NCBI RefSeq assembly: GCF_052425735.1
Contig: NC_135758.1
Coordinates: forward strand, 11,594,001-11,658,000
Source: Oculina patagonica
Taxonomy: Eukaryota
Reading direction: 5' to 3'
DNA: 64,000 nt
A model generated the notes under the pieces. It was not told where the DNA came from. It did no database searches and saw only the letters and a list, made by a program, of their open reading frames with translations. Below, one piece after another: positions 1 to 11,200 of the stretch (position 1 is the first letter of the stretch; the number at the start of each line of letters is the position of its first letter). The position numbers and the translations under genes are program-made.

Positions 1-204
1 AAAAAGCGCACGTGGGACCAGACACAGTATGTGGTCACTCGCCCCAGGCCATCCGGGACAAGAAGGTGCTCTTGGTGCAAAGTGTTGCTAAAACTGACTC
101 ATTACGACCGATAACCGATCAATGGTGTAAAAGATGTCAGCAAAAATGCAAAAAGCACAAGCTGAGGGTGATAAAAACAGAGCCTGGACGTAACAGACCT
201 TGTT

Positions 205-312
205 TTCAATTATCCCTTAAACTAATCCTGTTATCTCTTATCCCTAAACTATTTTTCCCGTTATCCCTTATCCCTAAAATTATTTTTCCTGTTATCCCTT
301 ATCCCAAAAACC
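205..312. repeat. Short tandem repeat (TTATCCCTTATCCCTAAA-containing ~30-bp units)
   Basis: 3-4 imperfect copies visible. Confidence 0.6.
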
Positions 313-790
313 CCTAACAGGGCCTCTATAGTAGATGTAATGCGTACAATAATAATCAGGTTATTTATTTGTCAAACTGTTATTTATTGATATGTCTGGA
401 GTGAGAGAGCTTTATTTTAAGATCATAACGATATTTTAAGGTACTGAGAATATCCTGTAATTTATTATCTGGTTTTGTAGTGGTCCGAAACGTTACTAAA
501 TAAAATTTTTACTTCATATAAATAATGTGTTGATGTACTCTGGAAGAGAAAGCGAAGGATGACAAAAATGTGTCAGTTTTCTTAAAATCTTTTTATAGGA
601 AATTTGGGCGTATTTGAGAATTGCTTGACTCAAGGGCACCGATGCATGAGCAGGAAGCAGTAATCACTCATTTTTTTTACAATTTTTAGTTTTTGTCTAT
701 GGGGTTCGACGTCTCTAGGCAAAGACCTGATTCGGGTCAATATATCCAGGAAACTCGGGGAAGGTCAAAGCTCGGATAATTTTTCATGTG

Positions 791-3700
791 TTATCGGGCG
801 CGCCTTGCTGAATTTAATGAAGCACTCAGTGGCGCTTGGGCGAGTTGCACGCTTTGGCTCCTAATTCTACTGCCCCTTCTCCCAGGGGACAGAGCTCGGG
901 ATGAGCTAACTGGAGGTGCTAATTGACCCTGTTTAGGCCTTGGCGCTAGCGAGGCTCTCTTTCCACGTGCCCCTTCAGCGTGCAGCCTGTTCGGGGACTC
1001 TCTCGATGCCGAGCGTACCTTCTCTGGTTTTGGCGGTGGTGGATTTAGCCGCTCTAGAAAAAAGGAAAAAAAAATATAGAGAGAAACATTGTATTACATA
1101 ATGAGAGGAATACAGTTCTTGTGGCCAAATGATTATCATTTTTCTGATCTAGTGGCCTCAGTTAAAGCACTAATCGTGGTCATTAATTGTGTTGTGCTGT
1201 CGGGGAGACACTTAACACTCACAGTACCTCCAACTCTGACTCGTCCCCAGTCGTCTTTGAGTCCGTCTTGAGTCGACTGCTGAACATCCTTCGCGTCTTG
1301 CATTTTTCGCATAAGAGACGATGGGGACGAGTCAGCCTCCAACTCTCTCGACTCAGAATCAAGGTTTTATTTTTAGTTTTATTTATTTATCTCCACGAAC
1401 GCTCTCGCCAAACGTATTTCGGTCGCCTCATTGGCCGTTTTCACACTAGAAGACGGATAAATCGTCTAGACGGACAAGTCGTCTGACGATTTGTTCCTCT
1501 AGTTTGAATTTAAGACGGCCTTTTGAAGACTTGTCCGTCTAGACGACCAAGTCGTCTCTGAAAAATCGTCTTCCCGGATGGGCAAATCGACGGACAAATT
1601 CAGACGACTTCAGTGTACGTCCAAAATTGTGTCCATCCCGTTTTCACACTAAGACGATTTGTTTGTCTAGATGATTTGTCCGTTTTTAGTGTGAAAAGGC
1701 CATTCAGTAAGGGCTATGTTTATTGTTTAAAGAAATGCTGAGAACCAGTTTAATTAAACGCGTTACCACGGTAGGTTTTTGCATTAAATTTTTTAAAGTT
1801 GGAGTTTCTTACCAAGAAACGCCTTATTTGTTTCCATTCCCTCCAAAAGAGGCACAAACGTCATATTGTCTCCTTCTGTTTCTGCAATGCATGTGGAGGA
1901 AAAACAAGCTACTAAATAAAACTGGACAAATAAAGAAGCTAGGATGAGGTACAGACAAGCCAAGATCAGCGAAGAAAAAAAAAATCGTTAATTCTTAACA
2001 CGTATTCATTTTCAGTCGATTTTCGGAGACCAACCCGAAGGAAATTTAACTGCTGAAATCGGTTCGGACGAAATTTCACAACCAATTAAAATCAGTTAAA
2101 TTCGGTCGATTATAACATACCTTAGTACTACAAAGATTTACCGAGTTTAACAAGATTTTATGTTTCAAACACAATGTGTAGACGGGATGGCGTAATACTT
2201 ATATACCCAGTTCTCGCTCCCCTTCTCCGTCAGTACGTAGAAAAGCAGTTTGTTTGACAGATCTCTTCCTTGGAAAGACACTGTAAATTGCTTTGCATTG
2301 TAAGACTGTTACTTCTTCAATAGATTTCATTTATGGAGGATAACCAAAGGGCAGACCATATTTGCCGCGAACGACTTGCTTTGGAACGAGCGAGAACATT
2401 GGCGCCTTTTTTCTCTCTCGAGTTTTTATGCTTCTCTGTCATTAATACAAAAAAACGCTTACTTTCTCCCTTAACAAGAATGAGAATCTCTCTTTCAGTT
2501 AAATACTTCGTCCCGTAATCCAGTGGATGACTCTGAAGATTTTTCAGTGAGCCGCTCTCGTCAGAAAGATCGATAAAATCTGAAAAGAAAAAAAAATCAT
2601 TGAAAGTTTAACTGTTTATCTGAAGCCAGAGCAAATTTCCTCTGTCTGCTCGTACTGCATCTTGGCCTTAGGCCCCGTTCGCACTAATGCGTACAGCCAA
2701 CTCGTTCTAGATCTAAGACGGACACCGTCGTGACCCTACCCGTACCAACTGCCCGTCTTAGAGATGTGTCCGTCTTATAGGGAGTTTAGTTACAGTAAAA
2801 TGACTGAAAAACGGCAGGGACGGGCTGTCCGTCTTATCTGATGGAGGTGTCCGTTAAGAGAGAGTTGACTGTATTGGTTTGAAGCGTTTCGTTGATGCGT
2901 TAGCGTTTTCGATAGCTTCCATTTTCGCCATCCCCACTGAAACGATAGCACTCAATTTTTAAAATGTATGCGCTTTTAATGAAATATATAAGCGTTTTCG
3001 ATTGTTGCAGTGTGGAGGATATGCGAAAGCGCATAAACAAAAACGCAGTAGTGTGGAGGGGTCTTATGTAGCGACAATTTCCGCCAACTGCCTCGTCTCC
3101 AGGCGTCCCTCCTTCGGTGGACCTGTTGCACTTTCAAAGTCGACCGCGTTTCTCCGCCTAACCATAAAGCCCCGCGCTTTCTGTTCCTTAGCCTGTCCTC
3201 GCCGACGAAATGCATGCTGTTTAAGGCGCCTGGGACAAAGCTGAAGCGACAGTGAAAATTGGCGAGCGCTAGCGTTCAAACTCTTGCTTTTGCTTGATCG
3301 CAAATTCTCGTGCATTGCCATCGTTTCTTCTCAGGTCATTGAATTTCATTTGAACCTGCTTCAGTTTTCATGGGTCGATGCAACTGTCGTTTGGTTGACA
3401 AGCAGATATGATGCAAGCTATGTCGTGTCAACGGAAAGCTAAATTTGCTTCAATTTATCAATTTCTCTTCCCACTTCGGCTGAGCACTCTCGATCATTGC
3501 CGTTAAGTGTAATTTCTGATTGTAACTGTAATTTATGTAAAAATGACTGTTAAAATGATCTGTTGCCAAAATTCAATCGTAATTTGTCTATTTCCTCGCG
3601 TTAATTCTTTGTAGCTTATTCCTGATACAGATAAAAACAGGCGCCAAAAATTCACGAGGAGAAAGATCCGTAAATTTCCGCGGATAGCGCAAAATTCATT

Positions 3701-4704
3701 AAGTCCTTCCATATGAAATCTCAATTGAATGAACGCGGGGTTATTAATCTATAAGCCTCCCTCTGTGTCCCGGCTTAAGTTGAACCAAAACAAAGGTAGT
3801 ACAACTGCAATATAAATGTATTACTTTCAATCTTTTATAACAAAAAAAATATATACACATTTACCATCATCTTCACAATCGCATCTCTCCTTGATGTTGC
3901 TAAGCAAGAGGCAATTTCTACAGTTCGGGTTAAAAAGTTCGGTTTTATCATCTGAGAATAGAAAATCACAAATCATATTAGCGGATTAGTTACAATAAAT
4001 ATAAATTTGTTCCAAAATTTTGAAAATTACTGAAACCCCCGGGTGCTAGATGACTATAATTAAAATATTTCTTTTTTTTTAGTGTTTGGAATGAAAGAAA
4101 AAATCTAAAAACATGCAGTTTGACTGAATTTAGCGCATTTCGAACAAGAAGGCATTTGCGTTCGCGTGTAAATCGCTAACATTTTCAATTCATTAGCTAA
4201 ATGTAAATAAAGAGGACTTTCTTCCGTGGAAACATAATTTGTATTTGCCGAAGCTGTAACCTAATTTCCATACCGCGTGATCATATTTAGCGTTATATTA
4301 ATTTTGTTAGAAACGGAGAAGAAATAACATTTTTTACTCTGTAATCGGTGATGTGAATGATAAAGATTCTTACATTATCCTAAAAAAGGTCTTGAGTACA
4401 TTAAACAATAAGTTATTGTTCAGTTAAAGCCTTTTAAGACGCCTCGTCCGCTTGCCGTGTGTAGCTAAAGAGGTGTATTTCTTTCATTAAATTTTCGAAG
4501 AATTCTTTGCTACGAGTGATGTATCGAATCGAGAAAATTGTATTGAGGGTCGCCCCAATGCTGAAAAACTCACGAGCCAAAAATTATTTTTTAGCGTGGT
4601 TAGTTAACCTCTACCGGCCATGTATATATTTTGAGGCGAAGTTGTTATATAATTTAATTTGTGGGGAAAATCTACAAACCTGCAAATCGGACTGTTATGA
4701 ACAT
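791..4704 (-). CDS. CXorf65/C22orf15-like uncharacterised protein, 5 coding exons (4704-4680, 3951-3865, 2579-2463, 1881-1813, 1053-791)
   Basis: Phase-consistent GT-AG exons give MFITVRFADDKTELFNPNCRNCLLLSNIKERCDCEDDDFIDLSDESGSLKNLQSHPLDYGTKYLTEREILILVKGEKTEGDNMTFVPLLEG...ARRAR*. The MFI..., N.NC, IDL, KYL and FVPLL motifs match my recollection of the CXorf65/C22orf15 family. Confidence 0.75.
1433..1701. mobile_element. Harbinger-like MITE
   Basis: TIR GGCCGTTTTCACACTA / TAGTGTGAAAAGGCC, flanked by ATT on both sides. Confidence 0.75.
2671..3063. mobile_element. Harbinger-like MITE (TTA TSD) with a nested Tc1/mariner-like MITE at 2694-2871
   Basis: TTA|GGCCCCGTTCGCACTA...TAGTGTGGAGGGGTC|TTA. 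The inner element reads TA|CAGCCAACTC...GAGTTGACTG|TA. Confidence 0.75.
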
Positions 4705-4849
4705 CCTCCAGGGACATCAGTTTCTATGCAAAGGAAGGAACTACCACACTAAAAAACCACGTTATAGGATTGAAAAGCTGAAGCGCAGGCCTTTTTGTTT
4801 TTGTTCTCAATGGAATACTGCTGAAACAAAAAGACGCTCTATCGCCAAT

Positions 4850-4864
4850 GTTTGCCTTGGAAAC
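4850..4864. promoter_or_regulatory. RFX X-box-like site in the ~550-bp bidirectional region between the CXorf65-like gene and AGGF1
   Basis: GTTTGCCTTGGAAAC resembles the X-box consensus. A YY1-like AAGATGGCCGCC lies at ~4989. Confidence 0.4.
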
Positions 4865-5253
4865 GTGAATTATATTCACTGGTTTTGAATAATGAATACA
4901 CCTGCCGCTATGGCCGAACCTCGTCTCCAGGATGAGGTTTAGACAGACATTCCTGGAACCGTGAGCAGTCTGGGTCCAAATCAATTGCAAGATGGCCGCC
5001 AACATTCAACAAAAACACGAAAGTGGCTAGAACGTTTCATCTGAAAATCGTGAAGCCTCTCCCTGTTGGAAATAGCGTTGGTCATTGCTAGAGTAAAGCT
5101 TAAAGCAGTTTAAGAAATCTTATATCGCCAGTGGCGGTTTTTGCTTGCAATGTGGCAAGCTAATATTAACGAAGAACGTCATGGCGGAGTTTGGAACAGA
5201 CATCAACATGTTTTGTATGTGTTCTTTGTAGATCGTACACCAGATGGTTTCGA

Positions 5254-8200
5254 ATGGAAGACGAGGAAGGCAAAGTGGAAAATTCGACAGAAGTTTCCGA
5301 CGATGCTGCAGCGCAAAATGATAGAATCGCCGACTTGAACAGTCAAATAGACGAATTGAAACGCGAGCTTGATGCAGTGAAGAAGAAACTTCACAGGGTT
5401 GAGTTCGAGCGAGACAGCGCGCAGAGAAATGCAGACAACCTGAAAAGTGAAGTGAAGGAATTGAGCAAGAAGCTACAAGAAGAGAGGAAGAAGTCTGCTG
5501 AGAGCAGAAAGAGAAACAGTGATGCTCTGCGGACTGATGAAAAAAATCGTGGTAAGTTGATTTCTGGATTTGTTTGTTTTTCTGCCACTGTCGATACGTC
5601 TGTTTGTCTGTCAGCCTGGCCGTCCATGCAAAATTATGCCTACCTGTATATTCCTTTGTCCTTCCCTCCACCTGCCCACTTGCTCGCCTATCAACCCACT
5701 TACATGGATAAGCAACTGTGTGTCCACCTGCCTATCTGACTGTCTATTCATCTGTGGTCTGTCTGTCTGTCTGATTTTTTTTTTCAGGAAGGGGGGGGGG
5801 GGGGGGGGCAGTAGGGGAGGGTGTTTGGGGAGATGGGAGTGTAGTCTGACAACACTGTAGTTTTAGAGTACAAAGCTAATATAAACTGAAAATATGCACA
5901 TACAATCATTCTGATTTTATCTTTTTTTAATATTTTTAGATGCGGAAGCTTCAAGTCTCAATCAAAAGAAAGACAGTCAACCGTCAGACTCTTCTGGTGC
6001 CCAGGTAAGAAATCACATAATTTTTTTATACTGAAATGAATATTTATTAAATATTATTTTTGACTATATTAGTTTAGGAAACAGAGGAGTACAATGCAGA
6101 AAACATCTGGTGAGCATTAAGTGCAAGAGCATATTCGATTAAGAAAATGTAATAATTGTGTTTTATAACACCTCTCTAGGACCTTCGAACATCATTAGAA
6201 GAAGCAGCTTCTGATGCTATGAACCAAAGTGGATTTGTGTATGATGAACGGACAGGACTGTACTATGACTGGAATACTGGTTACTATTATGACCCAGTAA
6301 GTTGAAGAAACAAAATTAACAGACATGCATGCTAACCTGTAAGGTGGGAGTCATACAGATAAATAATAGAATGGCCCAATGGGTTATTGTACTGGTCTCT
6401 GAATTGCACACCTGGTGCAAATAAGAGTGATGACTTTTTTAATGAACTGTTTGACAGTGTCTTACTCTGCCCAGTAGTATAAATGGCTAGAGTATTGACA
6501 TAAAAGAATTTTGACTGAGGCCATGTTCTACTGCTGTGACACTGGGTAATCAATGTCATCATTTTTCCTTCTCCTTCCTCCTTCCTAAACAGCGAAGCCT
6601 GTTTGATAAACAAGGTCAATATTTTTGCCATATATAAGCAGACCATGATGTTTAATATCCATACAAAATTCCTGTGGATTGGCAGTCAGTGTAGATGGGA
6701 GAATAAAATTTTGTGGTCATTACATCAACCCTCCAAGTTAAGACCATTTTAGTCACCATGGCGACTAAAATTTTAGAGGTGGCAACTAAATTGGAACCGA
6801 AGTCACCAGCAAGGAGGATTGAAAGCGTGAGCTTAACTTAGCGACTCAAATTTTTCACTGGCGATCAAACTTAAGCAGTTGGTGCCCAAATGGCCACTGT
6901 AAGGACAAAAAAACACTTGGAGGGCTGTTACATGTATGTTGCTTATAACAATTTTAATAATAATTGATATTATTCAATAACTCTTTGTTTTAATTTTTCA
7001 GAATAGTCACCTTTACTATGAGAACACTACTGGAACTTACTATTATTATGATGAACCAAGTGCCACTTACAAGTTTCACTCCAAACTTGATTTATCCAGT
7101 AATCAAAAAGAAGTAGCAGAACACAAAGACGATAAAGAAGAAAAGCAGGAAAAAGAGAGTGGTGAAGAATGCAGCAGTGATGAAGAAGAAAATGATAAGG
7201 ATTTGGAAGGTCTGCTATCATCATCATCATTATCATTGTCGTCATTGTCATTGCCACTGTTATTGTTACAAGATTCTTTAAAAAGAAAGTCTGAGAAAGA
7301 TAATCAGTCAGTGACACAACCTACTTGCCCCAAAAATTCCCAAACTTTCCAAATAAAAATTGAACCACTGTAAATGTAAGACTTCCATGCACTGGTCACA
7401 CCCTCCACCACTGAGCAGCAGGAGTTCTATTTCCTATGGCCGACATGTAGACCCCACATGGAGAATGTCGCCAGTGCAGGAAAGTAAGGTCATAGGTTCT
7501 GCTCCTGTTGGGAATCGTTTTTAGTATCTTGAGCCACTGATGGATTATTCATTGTACATGACTTGTACAAGCTGTAGTTCTTCAGGGCAATAAAAATAAT
7601 CAAAAGGAAGTTGAGCCATGGGTTCATATACATGCCCGGCTCCCTGGTACAGTGCCCAAGCAAACAGAAAAAAAAATTGGCTTGTAAAGTTTATCTGTTG
7701 GTCAAAAGCAGGGTCGGGTAACAGCTCTCGTGAGGTCTCACATGAAAGGCTTGCTACCCTTTGGGAGAACAACAAAACAAATAACAGGAACAATGCCCCT
7801 AGCACTTAAAACAATAGCAACTGCTGTACTAGATGGCTAGTAGAATTACAAGCTTGCGAGAGCTGTTACACTTCTATTTGGATAACAGATACATTTTGTA
7901 GCAGTGTAGCAACTGCTATTTTAATTTGTAATGTTTGTTTCTGCGGCATGGTCTAAATGAAGGGGATCTTGACTTCATTAAAGGGTTATGATAACATATT
8001 ATTTTATTTGTTTGTGTTCAGTTACAGAGGTACAGTTCCCCTGTATCAGGGCAATTGTAATCAAAGGTTCCAAAATAAAAGTGGGAAGCCTGTTTATAGT
8101 GACATACACTGGTGGAACAATTGGCAGGTAAGGAAATAAACATCTGATAGCAGTCATACAGGAATGATATGCTATTTAGTCTTTCCTTGCAGAAAAAGAT

Positions 8201-11200
8201 AACAGAACACTGATATGTACTGTACCTTGTTTTTATACCTAATTGTACCTTTTTGGTACGCTTCGGCTGCATATCAGGCGAGTTTGGTCGAGCCATGGTT
8301 CGTATTTTGGCGAGACGCAGTCGAGCCAAAATACCCATGGCGAGACCAAACGAGCCTGATATGCAGCCGAAGCGTACCAAAAAGGTACGATTAGGTATTT
8401 ACCGTACCCAAATTCAGCCAAAACTCGGGTTATATTTATCGCTCTGTTAAAGCCATGCTTGCAAGGTCTGCAAATTGTGTTGACTAGGTCTTCATCACTT
8501 TTACCAAGTTCTTCTGCCTTTTCTTCACTCGTTTGTTTAGAGTTTCATTCTCTAAATTTTCAAAATCTAAATAAAGCGAAAAAGTTGGAAATTCCAACTC
8601 CATTTTCTAGTCTGAATGTCTCAGTACTCATCGGCAAACATCGCGCAATTGACGAGCGCACTCAAGTTTAGTTTTGGCGGGAAAGTTTTTCTCTTTTTTA
8701 CGACCGCTAAACACCACTTAATTTAAATTACGAAGTTCTGTTTTATTGGTAAACCTCATTTCAATTCATCGTACAGTAACACTACTTTACTTCAAAGTGT
8801 TACGGTTGCATCAAAACTTAAGGTGGCTCGACCCAGTTTTTTTCTAGCGATACCTAACAACTTTGAAACCCTGATACTTAAAGGGATTGATGTCAATGAC
8901 AAAACTACTACATCACATGCATTACACATAGACTGAACTTCAATATGATATAAATGTTTTGGCGATCAGAATAAATATCACGTGGCAATGACGTCACAGA
9001 GGGTTTTGCTCTGAATCGATTTTTAGGCAGTAACCGCATTTTCTCTCGAGATCCTCCACGCTACGTATACCTTAGGTGTTTGCCTACATCTCAGTGGAGT
9101 TTCATCGAAATCTACAAGAGGAATTTTGAAATATCTTGGAATTTCTTTTTAGATGGTATAATTTATGCGTAAAATAAAGCCAAGACTTTATATAAAGAAA
9201 TTTGCTTCTTTTTTATGTTTAATGAGAGGATTTAGCCCCCATTCCTTTTAGAAATGTCCCATTTACTACATCCAAACCTTTAGAAGAAAGTAGACTTGCG
9301 CGATTTCGAAATATATGAAATTATCTAAATCGGAGTAGAGCTCAATGTTTAGCTCTATTTACCATTTTTACGGCTACTTTTGCAAAAAAGCGATTATTTC
9401 AAAAACCCGTCGATAAATTTTTTCCAAAATTTTTCAGGGTGAAAAATAATCAGTACACCACACAATCCCTAAATTTCATGCTCATTGAAAATGTCTAAGG
9501 TTGTCTAAACTAAACGCAAAATTGAGTAAACATTGAAGCGATGTCCAAGTTTGAGATAATTTTGTGCTCTGGGATTTCCTTTTGTTTTGAGTTAAGCACA
9601 ACATCGAATTCCTGTGCACCACGCGTGAAATGACTACGCTTGGCTACCTTCCGAAAGCTTTCCGAAATCTTTCCGAAATATGGAACAGTGGAAAAGAAAT
9701 TGTCACGCATTAGCTTTTCTTGTTGGGTCGACGTCTTGGCTGAGATAAAAGTTAAAAATGCCAAGAACAAGAAGATTAGGTTTTTTCTCGTATTGAAGTG
9801 CTGCCACTTCTTTCAGTTGAACTTAAAAATGCAACAAGTAAACAATCTTTTCTAATAAATTCTGGACGCCAGATTCAGCTTGCTTATAATACGTGAAGTC
9901 TATTTTCTGTCCGTTTTACTTTTTTAAATGACCGAGGAGGCATAAAAAATAACCGGCTTTGAGTTTGGTGTTGTGTGACTGCTTTCTTCAGTTGGGAATG
10001 TATTCATTTACCCGTTATTGTTTACTTGAACTCGATGAGAATATTACCATATTCCGAACCATTTCGAAAAGCTTTCGGAGGGTAGCCAAGCGTGGTCATT
10101 ACACGCGTGGTGCACAGGAATTCAATGTTGTGTTTAAATCGAAACAATAGGAAATCCCAGAGCACAAAATTATTCAAAACTTCGACAATTCGCTTCAATG
10201 TTTACTCAATTTTGCTTTTAGTTTAGACAACCTTAGATATTTTCAATGAGCATGAAATTTTGGGATTGTGTGGTGTACTGATTATTCGTCACCCTGAAAA
10301 AATTTGGAAAAAATTCATCGACAGGTTTTTGAAATAATCGCTTTTTTGTGAAAGTAGGCGGAAAATTTGTAAATAGAGGTAATCATTGAGCTTCACTATG
10401 ATTCATATATTTCATATATTTCGAAATCGCGCAAGTTTTCTTTCTTCTAAAGGTTTGGATGTAGTATATAGGACATTTCTAAAAGGAATGGGGGCTAAAT
10501 CCTCTCATTAAACCTAAAAAAGAAGCAAATTTCTTTATATGAAGTCTTGGCTTTATTTTACGCATAAATTATACCATCTAAAAAGAAATTCCAAGATATT
10601 TCAAAATTCCTCTTGTAGATTTCGATGAAACTCCACTGAGATGAAGGCAAACACCCAAAGTATACGTAGCGTGGAGGATCTCGATAGAAAATGCGGTTAC
10701 CGCCTAAAAATCGATTAAAAGCAAAACCCTGTGTGACGTCATTGCCACGTGATATTCATTCTGATCGCCCAAAAATTTATATCATATTGAAGTTCAGTCT
10801 ATGTGTAATGCATGTGATGTAGTAGTTTTGTCATTGACATCAATCCCTTTAAGTATCAGGGTTTCAAAGTTGTTAGGTATCGCTAGAAGAAAACTGGGTC
10901 GAGCCACCTTAATGACAGCCCTGATATACAGTAGAGGTGCGGGGGGAGGGGCGTGGTGGCCTAATGGTTAGCGTATTGGATCTGGATCGAGCGGTCCGGG
11001 TTCAAGCCCTGGCTGAGGTCATCGTGTTGTGTTCTTGGGCAAGACACTTTACTCATAGTGCCTCTCTCTATCCAGGTGTATAAATGTGTACCAGCCATTT
11101 CAATGCGGGGGGTAACCCTGTGATGAACTAGCATCCCATCCAGGGGGAAGTAGAAATACTTCTAGTTGCTTCATGCTAAAGAAACCAGGATAAACTCCAG

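Noticed and set aside
10945-11030. tRNA gene
   Set aside because: A and B boxes are present, but there is no complete cloverleaf and it continues into a SINE body repeated elsewhere in the window.
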